A stretch of DNA of 64,000 nucleotides from Fimicolochytrium jonesii (Eukaryota), in the NCBI RefSeq assembly GCF_025526975.1, contig NW_026515674.1, forward strand, positions 248,001 through 312,000. Direction: 5' to 3'. Every line of letters starts with the position of its first letter. Within the stretch, counting starts at the first letter, position 1. Positions 47,841 through 64,000 of the stretch are shown here, in pieces. A program made the translations under genes and the position numbers. The notes below the pieces were generated by a model, which did not search any database, was not told the DNA's origin, and saw only the letters and a program-made list of their open reading frames with translations.

Positions 47841-48826
47841 ATGGTAAACCGTCCTTCGCAGCGTCTCCCCGGTAGCATTGTTCCACCCTCTTCATATTAT
47901 CTCACCTCCTCTTTCCTCCTACAGATACGGTGAGACCAACCTGTCAAGCACCATCTTGGAAAGCCCTCTCAACCATCAACTCAACCTCCTCCATAACCCC
48001 TATCTGCGGCTTGCTACAGATTTATTCTAGTTCAGAACCGACAAGGGAAGACCAGGCTGTCGAAGTGGTACATGCCATTCGAAGATGAGGAGAAGCAGAA
48101 ACTGAAGGCGGACGTGCATAAGCTCGTTGCGGCGCGGGATCAGAAGCATCAGAGTAACTTCGTTGAGGTACGGTTTGGGAACTGTATTGTGGGAATGTGG
48201 GCTCTGGGAATGGAGGTGTCTCGGGTCATTTGCGCATGGAGATGGCTTCCCTTTGATACCACGAAAAAGGTTTTCGAGCCCCCAGCTGACTTTGGAACTC
48301 GACTTGCAACGCAGTTCCGGAATTACAAAATCGTCTACCGGCGTTACGCAGGACTCTTCTTTTGCTTCTGCGTCGACACAAACGACAACGAGCTGGCGTA
48401 CCTCGAAGCGATTCATTTCTTCGTCGAAGTCCTGGACGCGTTCTTCAGGAACGTTTGCGAGCTCGATTTGGTATTCAATGTGAGTGTTGAGGTCATTTGT
48501 TTGTGGTCTGACTGGTACCTTCCGTCACTGTGCCTATCGGCTCATCGTTTCCTTCCCAGTTCTACAAGGTATGTAGCGTCTTAGGAACTGTAACAGGTCA
48601 TTGCCGATACCTATGGCGCGTTCCTGACATACACCCGGTCCACCAGGTCTACGCTATCCTGGACGAAGTCTTTCTCGCTGGCGAGATTCAAGAGACGAGG
48701 TACAGTAGATCGCACATTTGGCGACTGAACATATTTCGTTGTGTCCTTAAGCTGCGTTTCTCGTTCAAACTCCACAGTAAAGGAGTGATATTAAGTAGGC
48801 TGGATTACTTGGACAAGCTGGAGTGA
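47841..48826 (+). CDS. APS2: AP-2 complex sigma subunit (multi-exon, with micro-exons)
   Basis: [20 protein letters not shown]...[23 protein letters not shown]...[32 protein letters not shown]. Confidence 0.96.
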
Positions 48827-49021
48827 ATACGGCTGTCGCTGTGGAACCAGCGAAGTTTTTGGTACCATACTGTAGGTTATGAATGCAATTACTTGAGACA
48901 GTCGTTGCTGTTCGTTCCCGCATGCACAACGGCAAGTTACGCTGGGAAGCAGGCGCCTTTGAACAGACACCACAGCAACGTGCAGGGTCAATCTTATTGA
49001 GCCAACGACACAGAAAACCCA

Positions 49022-52000
49022 TCACTTGTCCTTCTTTCCGCGCACCCTCTTCACATCCGGCACAAGCACGCCCCCAACCAACCCATAACTAACGCCAAAC
49101 AGCACAATCTGAAACACAATAAAAGCGCTCGCAATCACAAAATGGCTGATAGTGGTTCCGATCTCCAGCCAGCTGCCATAATCCTTCACCAGGAAAAAGA
49201 AATTCAGCGTCATAATGTCCGTGGTGCTCAGCACGAGACAAAACAGGCTGAACGGCGGGAGGCGGAGGATGCGGCCGAGGACGGTGAAGATGGAGGAGAG
49301 GAGGAAAAACGGGATCAGGATTTTGAAGATGAGGAGGGCGCCCATGAGGAAGGGGTTGAAGACGGTGGTGAAGCGGTACACGGATTCGAGAGAGAAGGAG
49401 GAGACGGAGGCGATGTTGCCGGTGCCGAAGAAGGCGACGTTGATGAAGAGGAGGAAGGTTCCCGCGATGCGGAGGTCGCTGAGGCCGAGGGAGCGGTTTG
49501 ATGGTGGTTCTTTTCCTGTTGCCTGTATGATGGGTGCATACAAGATCAGTCACAAGATTACACGTATGGTCGCAACGGAACCCGCACACTTACCGAGCCC
49601 TCACTATACACCGCGTCATCCACATCCTCGGCAAGAGCCTTCTCGACCAACAGCCAGCAGAGCAGCGTCATGCTGAAACAGGCGTAGAAGAGCACCTCGT
49701 AGGAAATGCTGAGCAGGACAAACACCGGTGCAAAAGACAGATAGATGATGACTAGGCGTCGCAGGAAGTGCTGGCCTTTGTGCACACCGTCCAGGATGGG
49801 GATGGCTATCGCGATTGCTATTTTGTGTGTCGGTTCAAAAACGATGCAATTATAGGCCTTTGCGTGGTGGAAAACGTACCAAGGATGGCCCAACTGATGG
49901 TCTGATTCAGCAAAGGAAGGCCGGACTTCGCTTGGAGTCGATACGTGGTATCTACTGTTACCATGATACTCGCCGCGATGACAATCTAGTGAGCCAAGCA
50001 GAAAACTGCGTCAGAGTCCGCGCACTGACTGTGACTCAAGAAAGGCAGCTCACCTCCAATCCTAGAATCTTGGAGCTCCGTCGGTTCCGTGAAGCATCGG
50101 CAGACCCGGGCAGGTTGGCATCAGCGTAGTAAGGAACCTTCAGCCAGCCGTAGAGTCCCGAGATAAGTATAACGATGCCTCCCGCCGCACTGCGGGAATG
50201 GCATGAAGGCTAGTGTCAGAGAATGCTCATACGTCTGGAACCTTGCGGGTGAGGGGCTACAACTTACACCAAGAGGACACTGTCCCCTTTCTCTACAGGT
50301 AGCAAAGGGAAGACGCTCGTAGCGAGGCACGATCCGGCCCACAACACGAGCAAGACAAAATGCTTCTGCCGGAACCCTGCAGGGAACGTCCATGGCCATA
50401 CAAGACCTAGGAACCAGAGAGACGGTGCTAGGACCTCGCGCCGGAAGTAGCTGTAGACCTGCGAAAGGGAAAACAGTTGCATATTGTCCATTCCGGGTTG
50501 TCCATCAAACTCTTGGAAGGCGCTCAGCCCACATACCAGGAGCTCAAGAACAAGTGCGTAAGCAGCAATGGCAGCGACCGACTTTGTCGTCCCTCTGCTG
50601 CGTAAGCCAGCGACAGAGTCTGCTACAAGAGCGCGCTGCTTGATCGTCTCGGACCAGAAGAATATCGGGAACGCGGCGTAGATGTAGTAGAGGAGTGGGG
50701 ATTCCTTTTGATACAGCAACGTGCCTAGGCCAAGTGAGACTAGGATACTGGTTGCGTAGACCTGCAAAGCCGACGCTTGTCAGTCGCGGCGTACCGATTG
50801 TCCCTGCCACACGATTCCTACGCACCACAGAGTTTGCCGGCGTTAGGCTCACAGGTCGTTTGCCTTTCGACGACTCATTGAGAACATCGCCCCGGATCAT
50901 GAAAAGCGTGCTATACGCCACCCACCCTGCATAACCAAGGGCAATAACGGATCGCAGAAACAGCCAGTCATATCTACAACGTCGAATTAGCGCGGGGCGT
51001 GCGATACGCCGCAAATACCGTCTGTCCGACGCACGCACGTTTGGAAGTACCGCAACCCTTGGATGCACTTATCAATGAGCTCGCGACTCGTCGCGGTAGC
51101 CTCCTCGATGCGCTCCTGTGCAATCATTGCATCGACCGCCGCTACGAGCTCGCGATGCTCTTTCAGCGGTTCAAAAGGTTTGAAGAACGGTTCGCTCCGG
51201 CGTTTCGACTCCGACTTGATCAAGAACTGCGCCAGGATCTGTTTAGCGTTTTCGGCAAGTGCGATCGCTTTCTCGTGATCGGATGCCGCTAGATATGACA
51301 GTGGTATCACGCCGACGGAGTTGACTGGGTATGGGAGGCCTATCAAAGAAGACTGGCGGTTGCTACAGACGCTGAAGGAAAGTTTGAAAGACGACTAGAG
51401 GTCGGTCCGTACCATCAAAGGCGCGATGTCTGCCTGCTCTACGTCCAACCGACGGAGATCGTGAAGATCCCAAGTTGCCGAAAGCTGATCATGCCCGGTC
51501 ACCACCTTTCGTTCAGGCTTTGCTACACCAGCGCCCCAAGCGATCAAAGGAGTTTGTGTATTGTCGGGATGTCCATCTCCGTGATTCCCGCGGTTGCTCA
51601 TGCCGTGGTCGGCAGTGAAGATGTGCGCTGTTTTGCCATCGTTGCCATAGAACTTGTCGATCACTTGAATAACCTCCTTCAGCCCGTCATCCACAAGCCT
51701 AATATTCCGCAGATATCTAGACATTGCCAATGGATCAATTGAGCACGCAATCGCGACGTGGGACGCGTTGACTGCGATACACACTCTTCCGAATATGGGC
51801 GAAAGGCATGCCCATTTGTATCTAAGCCCAGGAGGCTGATGGGAATGTGGTTTACCACTTTGCGGCAGAAACGGAAAGCACGAGCATTGGAGGCATACTG
51901 TAAGAAAATGACGATACCGTCGCGTCGCAGCATGGACTTCAGGGTTGAGTTCCGTTCTGCTTCCTTAAAAAAATCCAAAAGTTTCTCGAAGACCCATGTA

Positions 52001-52836
52001 TCCAGTTTGCTTGCATCTGGGAAGAGATTATGACGCATTGAGGAATCTGGTCTTGGTGGCCTGCTGCATCTCATCTGAACTCACCAGCAGAAAAGTCTTC
52101 GCTCTCTGCAGGGTACATGATAGTCTCAACCTTGTTGGGATCCGAAGCACCTTCTGCAAACATCGGTAATATGTCGGGCGATCCGAAGGACCATGTATGC
52201 GTGCTCTGATTGAACACTGAATCGAAGTTCACTGGGTTCATTTTCCACCCTGATCGCACGTTCTATCATCAGTTACTTTGTGTCGCCGGCGTGACAATGA
52301 TGCCAGTGTAAGCATACCCTTGGTTACGGCGCTCACATCCTCATAGAATCCCGCTATGAGAGCAACATGTCCGGGACGGGACTCTGTCGGGACTCTAGTA
52401 TGCGACACACCCCAAGTTCCCTGGTGAAGCACGACATCGCGAAGATATGGCGCCCGCTCTAGCCTGTTCTCGAACAGCTTGTCCGCTCGCAGCCCGTCCG
52501 CTTCAAAGACCAAGATATGAACATATGAGGTCGAGTCTTCAGGACAGGCACGGCCATGCGCTCGGTTCCCAAGATACTAACCGACCACCAAAACCATGCG
52601 CTTCGCAGGTGCCACATTCTGCGGTTGGATTGGAGTCATCCCATGCACCAGCGGCGACCGGAAGTAGATATCAAAGATGGACCATGAGTAAACGGCGTGG
52701 AATGCGACCCTACAGGCAGTTAGGAAGTCATTGAGCCACTCTCAACTGGTTCGTTACTTCCGTGGGAAAAGAGTGCATACCCCAGCAGCAAGAGCCTCAC
52801 GGCCGCAGAGACAGCAGACGATCCGCTCGTCGACAT
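49022..52836 (-). CDS. MCD4: GPI ethanolamine phosphate transferase 1 (multi-exon)
   Basis: [70 protein letters not shown]...[19 protein letters not shown] and [13 protein letters not shown]. Confidence 0.96.
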
Positions 52837-53816
52837 TGCACGACCCTCGCCCGCACGCTGTTAACCAGTTATATGCGTCACTGTTTCGAGTGCAGCGGAT
52901 GATCTTGCGAACGGAATGCCAACCTCGAACTTCGTGGGAGCCGCGACTAGATCGCGAGCCGCCAGAGCCTCTCCTGAGTCTCCTCTCACACTTCTTGCCC
53001 TTCGGCCGTTCAAAGTTTGGACAGGCAGAGCGATGACGCCCATATTCCATACTGTATTTCGAAGTGCTACCGCTGGCAAAGCCTCGGCCCTCCGGGCAGA
53101 AGGCAGACCGGAATACCGGACATCTGTTGTTCAGTCGCCTGCCAGCCCGTGCCCCAAATTCGCGGTAGAAGGACCATTTGTGTGCATACAGTAGCCTCCG
53201 AACATTGACATCCCAACCAATTCTCCTCTCACTATATAAGAGTGGGCGCCATGGGAGGCTCTCCGCTCAAGCTGATCTGGCCGTCGGGCGAGATCAAGCT
53301 CAGACGAACGTTGTTGTGTTGTGTCTTGAGATTGACTTCGGGCGTCGCGTCGCCAATCATCCCCGGAGAGCCTCCCACCGATTTTACACTGCGGGCGCGA
53401 AGCCGCCGGCATTCCTTCTGTCCGTCCCTCCCCATATCAAGCGCACACCAACGTGTGCTTATTTGGGCGTGTGCTTATTTGAGGAAGGGCATGTCTCGAG
53501 CAGCGTCATTGCGGCGTCCTCGATTTTCATTAGGCACCGCTTTTTCCGTCATCCCTTTTGCGAGAGGCATCTCTGATCTGCACAGGACGAATTAGGACAA
53601 ACCGGAGGTGCTTATTTGAACACTGTGAGGAAGGGAGTGGCTCAAGCGTCATTATTGAGGCGTCCTTCATTCTCTCAAGCAGGCTCCCAAGAATAGGATA
53701 AGGAGGAGATGAGCTTTATCCCCGGAGCTTTGCGTGGAGTCCATCGCCACAGGACAAACCCCACAACCTTGACAATCCTCCCACGTACATCATGACACCT
53801 CAAGTCTGCGAGAGAC

Positions 53817-54389
53817 ATGGCATTTGGGGAACGATTTAAACATGGGCTGGGTGTTTCGTCGTCACCCGCAAGGCACCTTCCCTCCTTCTCGCTACCTCTC
53901 AAGATGCAGCAATCAATGTCCAGCAACCCAACAGATAATCCTAGTAGGGAGCCGTGTAGATCAAGTGTAGAAGGGCTCTCGACATCATCCGGGACATCCT
54001 TCACTGGATCCCGATCCTCCCTCCAACCTCTCATATCACCAATTCTCTCTGCGTCCGATCACTCGCTCCATCCTCCGCCCGTACAACAAGCGGACGTATA
54101 TCAGAACCTGCCTGAATACGACGTCAACCGTTCGCCGAACAAGCTCGCACCGACGATCGCTATGCCATCACCACCGCCGCCATACCGCATCGTCGAGGAG
54201 CCTACCATTGGGTACAACGCGCAAGGCCAGATGCGAACGAACAACGACATCGGCTGTCAAGGCGGTCAATGCAGGGGATGCAACTACTGCGCGCGCGGCA
54301 ATTCTTATTCGCTGTGCTTGGACGACTGTTGGTTTGCATCGGAGTGTGCTTCAGTCTCCTTTGCCTGCTGTCTCGGGTGTTTCATATGA
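53817..54389 (+). CDS. Hypothetical Ser/Pro-rich protein with PY motifs and a Cys-rich C-terminal tail
   Basis: 190-aa ATG ORF containing LPEY and PPPPY; the last ~45 aa are Cys-rich and end FACCLGCFI. Confidence 0.5.
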   Translation: MAFGERFKHGLGVSSSPARHLPSFSLPLKMQQSMSSNPTDNPSREPCRSSVEGLSTSSGTSFTGSRSSLQPLISPILSASDHSLHPPPVQQADVYQNLPEYDVNRSPNKLAPTIAMPSPPPPYRIVEEPTIGYNAQGQMRTNNDIGCQGGQCRGCNYCARGNSYSLCLDDCWFASECASVSFACCLGCFI

Positions 54390-55034
54390 ACGCCGATTTG
54401 AGATCATCTGTCTAAATCCCCCCATTCTTGTGAATTTTCTTCTTTTGTTCTGTAAATAGATATTTTGGTAGCGTCCCTCCAAACTTTAGGCCCGAATTGA
54501 GCGGCCTGTTACATGTGTCCACAGGGGGATGCTTGAAAATACCTCCCGAATGCCACTGACAGTGCAAAGACGTAGTGTCGAATCTTCACCTGCTGTTTTC
54601 TTTGGCGGCTGACGTAACTCTGGTTGCTGTGCCTCGCCACTGGACGGGATGCATAAATACTACTCGGACAGAACCCCTCTTCCCCACACACAAGTTTCTC
54701 ACGAACTTGATTCGATCGGCTGCAGCCTCTGCCCCACATTTTCGTTCATCTTCCAACAATCGCTACTCATTCCTTTCGCTTGACAATACTTACTTGAGCA
54801 ACGACACCCAGCTTGCTCTGCCCTCCCACCGCTCAATCAGGCGCAAGAAGCACCGGATTCTAGTCTTCCCGCCTCCTGCTGTGCGCACCGCTAGTCCGCT
54901 CAAGAAGTGGGAGTTTCTTTCAGCTGAGAGACTTTGGTGAGCAGCCAGTGGTCGCAGCCTCAACTGTCAGCGATCATACGAATCGTATCGAAGCTATACT
55001 CCTTTTACGTTCAAACAAGTGAGCTTGCCTTAGT

Positions 55035-56933
55035 TTGCCTTCTTGGTCACAAAGCCAACAACCTTCTTCCATACGAACTTGTGTTTCGTCGTCTGTTGCT
55101 TGGACAATCGTTTCAGTCCGCGGATTTTCTTTTTCGAACTTGGTCTGCGAATTGAGAAGGGATTTCCTTGTTCAAGACGGTGGCTTCGCGAGGGTTTTAC
55201 GCAAAGATATCGGAATGAGCGTCTTCGTCATGTCTAAGCCTTTTTTTACCGCTTCGTCGGCCTCTCCGGAGGACAGTGGACTGTTCAGAACGGCCGTTTC
55301 CTCGCAGCTCGATAGTTCCGGAAGATTACCCTTCGCTAGAGGCGAGGCTTCCTCCTCCGAGGAGGAAATGCTTATACCGACCACTGCCGAGAACAATACG
55401 GCCATCTTCGCTGTCTCGAATGGCTTTACTTCACAAGTCGTACAAGCTGGGGCAAAAATGACATCCGCCGTTGGTGACGGGATGGGGAGTAACAGCTTTG
55501 CTCAGCATGTGACTAGCATCCCAACACCAGCACCCGAAGAATTGATTACTTTTGAGGAAGAAATAGCTTCCGAATCACAGCCTGCGTCAGCCTTACCTAC
55601 AACGCCATCTCCTGAAGCGCACAGGAGTGCGGAGCAAATCGACACAAAACCGCATTCTCGTGTTCTTTCGCTTCTGAACTCTACCAACACGTATGATGAA
55701 GGGGATTCAGAACTGACAACGCTCAACGATGGCGAAGAGGGAGACCTAAAAGCAGAAACATCCCTCGTTAAAAGCCCGGCTTCAGATGCTGTCAGTGCCG
55801 ATCTCATCGAGTACGTTGAAGAGGACGAAGACGAAGAGCATGTCGAGGACGAGTCCGCGTCTCACAGCGCTCATGAAGAAGCTGCCGGCGAGATTCTTAA
55901 CCACGAAACTACCGCAACGAGCGACGAGCTCGGTTACGCACCACTCCCGTGTGTACTACTCTCGTACCGAGGAGAGACGTACGCCCTATTCAGCGTCTAC
56001 CAGCAAAACCTGGATTTACGACCGATCTTCGAGGAGGAACAGGAAGGTTCACTACTATTCGAAAGCCAGCTTACTCTTTTTATTGCAGGATTAAAGGACC
56101 ATTTTGAGATCGAAAACGATATCACACTGCAAATGCCACAATTGAATTTGACTTTCGACGAGGTATGTTCTTGTTTCCCTTTATGCCCGCCCGCGATACA
56201 GGTCATTTCTAACCACAACGGCTTACTCTTGCAGAACTCTTCGTGCACTGAAACTCTTTCTGTCAACCGGCTATACGAGTTCTTCTTGGCACATCTGACA
56301 CAAAAGGGCGAGGAAGAAACTCCCGAAAACCCTCTACAAATATTTCTGACAGAAAACCAATACTCTCTCACGAACCGGCTGAATGATCTCGCAAGAATCG
56401 CCCTTGAAGCGGGTTTCCCGGACTACTCCGAAGAGCATGACGACATGCACAGTGATCCCGACAGCGATGGGCACGACAGCGATCATTCCGGTCACTACGA
56501 GACATCCGAGCTGTTAGAAGACGTTGACGAACTGCCTCAGGCTCAAGCTTTGCTCGACGTTGACGAACAAGAAGAAGTAAGTCATATGGCGGAACCTTTA
56601 AACACCAATGGTTCCCATATGGAGGCACATATGATCGGTATGTACCACAGCACCTTGTACTTTCTGTCGTCAAAGCTGTGCATCGTTAACTAACATGCAA
56701 CCGTCTTCTAGGTGAACGGTCCGAGAACGGTGTTTCACCATCATCTCCAAGTGCACGGGAATCTTTCTCTTTGAAATCTTCACCCTCAGACATCTCTCGG
56801 CCAATGAAGCACGGCCTAGATTCGGAGGACGCATCAAGTATGTTGTCTCTTTCTTCATACTTCAGAATGCTCTCTCGCTCCACATACTCATTACTTTCCC
56901 TCTCCAATAGAATCGAAGCGACCACGGACATGA
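55035..56933 (+). CDS. Acidic protein with an Rmr1/DUF2420-like domain (true start uncertain; introns about 56164-56234, 56638-56711, 56838-56910)
   Basis: Long open, Glu/Asp-rich frame with a folded core VLLSYRGETYALF...FIAGLKDHF...LQMPQLNLTFDE...PLQIFLTE...LTNRLNDL. Family assignment is from recall of the motif pattern. Confidence 0.6.
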
Positions 56934-57936
56934 CCGAAACGAAATAACATCGCTTCGCACTTTCACGCACGCGTATCGCATCGGGATCGGACCTTGTGCA
57001 TTCATCCTTACTCCAACATACTCACGATTACATTCCGCTGACATCAAGCAGTATACCCCTCCGTGCGACAAACGGGTGTCGTCATGTGGGCTTTTTTGTT
57101 TCGTTACTTGTTTCATTGATTTTTGGGGCGGGTGGGCGAGGGTGGTGTTCAGGTTGCTGTACCTTGATTTGTGGTATTTGGAGATGGCCCGATGGGGGAC
57201 GGGAGTTGGGGGTTTGGTAGTAGGGTGGAGGGGGCTTTAGTGGTGAGGTTGGTATATTCAGAGGCTAGTGACCCCCGGGGGTGGGCGAGGATATGGGGGA
57301 GGAGGAAATTCGGGGAGGACAAGATCAAGAACAAGACAAGGAAAACCGGTTGGTTGGTCTGGCGTTTGGCGTAGATCGAGCGTTAGACCGTTTCCTTGTC
57401 CCTTGCATGTAATCCCCGTTTCTTTCCCGATCTATCTGTTTAGGAACCCAATAATATTTCGTTTCATTCACTCATTTGAGTGGTGGGCTAAAGCGGTCCG
57501 CAGTGCGAGCAGTACAGGATATGGTCCACGGCCAGCGATCTCTTAAGCAATCGATGCGTGGACAGAGCTGAAGTCCGACTTTGTAAGAGGCAGTTTCTCG
57601 AACTCACTGCATGGTTCAATCCGCCAATTTGGGTACTGTGGAACTTCTGTTTGTCTCCCGCGCCTCGCCTTCTGTTGCTTTCTGCATGTCAAATGGAAAC
57701 GGTACTTTTCGGTGGTGCTCCACCTACAGGGCAATTCTGATAAATATACATACAGTACGTCATCCCGAGGTCTGTTTGAAATCGAGTTACGCGTAAGGGA
57801 ACATTACTTCCGCTGGCTCAGCCTGGCTGGGAAAGTTAACCCGCCTTGGGACCGCCACCCGCTTCTACAGTATGTTATTCAGGTCAACCCGCGTAAGGGA
57901 GGCGGAAACCACTGAGGAAACCAACAGCCTTCCGAA

Positions 57937-61848
<3,912 letters not shown>

Positions 61849-63238
61849 TTCATGTCTATGCTTTGCTTGCCGTCTCGCATGACTTCCTTTTTGGTAGTAG
61901 ATAGTGGAGATACCAGGACGTATAGTTTAGAATCTCAAGGACAGTTTACATGCGCTTTTGGAATAGATTTGGAGGTTTTTTTTGGGGGCGGGGAACTCCA
62001 CATGTCGTAGGTCTCTCGCAAATGACCTTCGCATCTGACGATGGACTCGATTTTGCTTATAGAGAGTCCATCGGTCTCCATCGTTGTCGGGAATCGCGCT
62101 GTCGATCTCAGTACGTAATGCTTACAGCCCCGTCAATCAGGGCCCATACGTATAACACGACGTCATTGGGCCGGCCTAGACCAAGGAGAATGAGGTCGCC
62201 GCGTAGGCGTCTTCCGATGCAGGCCGGTCGGAATCCTGATCGCCAAGGCAAGCAGTGGTAGGCTTAGTGGTCCGGAGAGCCGATCCTCCTTACCAGCAAC
62301 ATGATGCATCGGCAACCTTGTTCAAAGGGCCGTGAGCAAACACTAGGCCCCGCCGAGCACAATCGGGCAAGATTCTGGCGGGGCCGCCCGGCGCATGATG
62401 TCTCCAATGTCGATGAATGCAAAGGCATTCATGAAGCTTAAAGTGATAGCACGTGAATCGACGGACGGCTTTTCTGTGTCCCCCTCAATCGGCATTCCCG
62501 GAGACGAGGCCAGAGCGATCGGCGAGCGATCCTTCAACCAGATTTTTGATCAGGTGTAAATCAGAAAAGTGACGCTTGGTGCCTGGGTTGAAAGGGCCGA
62601 CGGGAGAATCCGCCGCACTTTACGTGAATCACAATGTACCAAGGCTGAATAAAGCGGCTCGAACCCAGGGGACTCTGGTCGGGCTCCGGTGTTGCGGCGT
62701 TTGCAACGACCCAACTGGATCGAAGCTGCAGAATCGACAATTTGTCTCTCACTCCAGGAAGATCGTATTATTCTCTTCGTCTTTACAGTAGATTCCCTGG
62801 AAATCTTGGATCGCCTTCCGAACACCGATGGTCTCCTCATCCATGAATGCCTCAGACTTTCATGGACAGCTGCCTTCTCGTCGATCTAGGCCTTGATAGA
62901 TGTTATTCGATTTCCGTGCCGTTGGATTTCAGGGGAACATCGTCATTGTGGATGAAAGGGTATCCACTTTAACATGCGCTGCGATTTGTAGCTGGAGGTG
63001 ATGCGGACATGGGGCTGGCGTTCTGGACCGGACGACGTCCACACCTGCAACGTGTCCGGGTGTCTTCAACTACCGAGAAGCCCCGTATATATAGGAAGGT
63101 CCCTGAGCCATCGCTGGAATTCCGCTATGGCTGGAACAGCGTTCCCATATCGCAAAAGAACTCCTCATCACCTTCCACATCGAATCTACTGAAAACCCCA
63201 AGAGCGCATCGGCTTTCCAGCTGCACACCTCTGTATCT

Positions 63239-64000
63239 ATGAGCCCGCAACCGGGCCAGCATACTGGTCTTTTCAACAACCCGGACGACGCCAGCTGTGT
63301 CCTCCGCGTCATCGACACCAGCCGCCGCCCCATCGCTGTAGCGTTCAGCGCGCCTGGACCAACAGATCAGTATTACTGGATTCACGAATGGATCGTCACC
63401 GCCGTATCGGCGGTGCTTGAGGAGGCGTTCGATTGGAGGACGAATCATACAAGACGTGAATGTACAAACTGTGATGACGGGAACGAGGGATGTCATGCCC
63501 GGCATCACAGAGCCGACGGCATCAGGGAGAACGAAAGGACAAGGCGGACGACGAAACGTCCGCACGGGGACTCGCGTACATATTTCCCAATGCAAAAGGC
63601 TTTCAACGGCATTCTATACCAGTGGCACGGAATTCGTCCTGCCGAAAATGCCAAAGATCAGCCTGTGATTACCGAATACCCCCACGACATCAAATGCGCT
63701 CGCGAGCGCCCCAGCACAAAGAGCAGGAAAGACGAGCCGTCGGCGGAACCACAGTCCGCCAGAGTTATGTCCATCGCGACCATAACCTCACCAACGCCAA
63801 CGCCAACATCAACGCCAGCTCCTGCCAGCACGAGGGCGGCCCGCGATTCTTTGTTTAGGGTCGCCACGCATAACGCATCAAACTCGAGAGCCGCGCGAAG
63901 GTCCTCGGTAGACACTCCAGAACCGGCACCGATAACACCCTCATGCGTCCCTCTTCTGACGATCTGCCTGCCACAAACGTCTGCCTGTCCCGAAACGTTG
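63239..64000 (+). CDS. Hypothetical protein, runs off the window end
   Basis: Frame is open from about 63107 to the end (MSPQPGQHTGLFNNPDDASCVLRVIDT...YYWIHEWIVTAVSAVLEEAFDW...). It is absent from the ORF track because it has no stop. No family recognised. Confidence 0.35.
   Translation, partial: MSPQPGQHTGLFNNPDDASCVLRVIDTSRRPIAVAFSAPGPTDQYYWIHEWIVTAVSAVLEEAFDWRTNHTRRECTNCDDGNEGCHARHHRADGIRENERTRRTTKRPHGDSRTYFPMQKAFNGILYQWHGIRPAENAKDQPVITEYPHDIKCARERPSTKSRKDEPSAEPQSARVMSIATITSPTPTPTSTPAPASTRAARDSLFRVATHNASNSRAARRSSVDTPEPAPITPSCVPLLTICLPQTSACPETL

Noticed and set aside
62343..62900. Protein-like fragments on the minus strand after the histidine kinase
   Set aside because: Short, interrupted by stops, with no recognisable domain or consistent splice pattern.

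Overview
This is eukaryotic, intron-rich, GC-rich fungal DNA with GT-AG introns of mostly about 50-150 nt. The gene set (Crinkler-like remnant, intron-dense housekeeping genes, multi-PAS hybrid histidine kinase) fits an early-diverging fungus such as a chytrid, which is an inference. Bases 1-6600 are a gene-poor accessory zone. It holds a decayed long ORF, a 191-bp Tc1/mariner-type MITE, a triple tandem repeat whose stems co-vary like a structured RNA, and a tandemly repeated exon-intron cassette. Bases 6.8-62 kb are a dense run of about 21 genes: RAD14/XPA, a Rieske-DUF455 fusion, translin, R3HCC1-like, GCV1, an alpha/beta hydrolase, ceramide glucosyltransferase, taspase, SNW1/PRP45, NDUFS6, PMA1, YPT1, RIT1, PIF1, GST, a Met-rich fasciclin, APS2, MCD4, a Cys-tailed PY protein, RMR1-like and a 5-PAS histidine kinase, plus a Crinkler-like pseudogene. 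The most unexplained signals are non-coding: the co-varying 3x motif at 5225-5485, GCGAAGC hairpin elements shared among three introns, an excess of TACWGTA (possible Tc1/mariner footprints), alternating C-rich and G-rich blocks inside genes, and poly-C tracts before 3' splice sites. CDS coordinates are gene spans including introns, assembled by eye.
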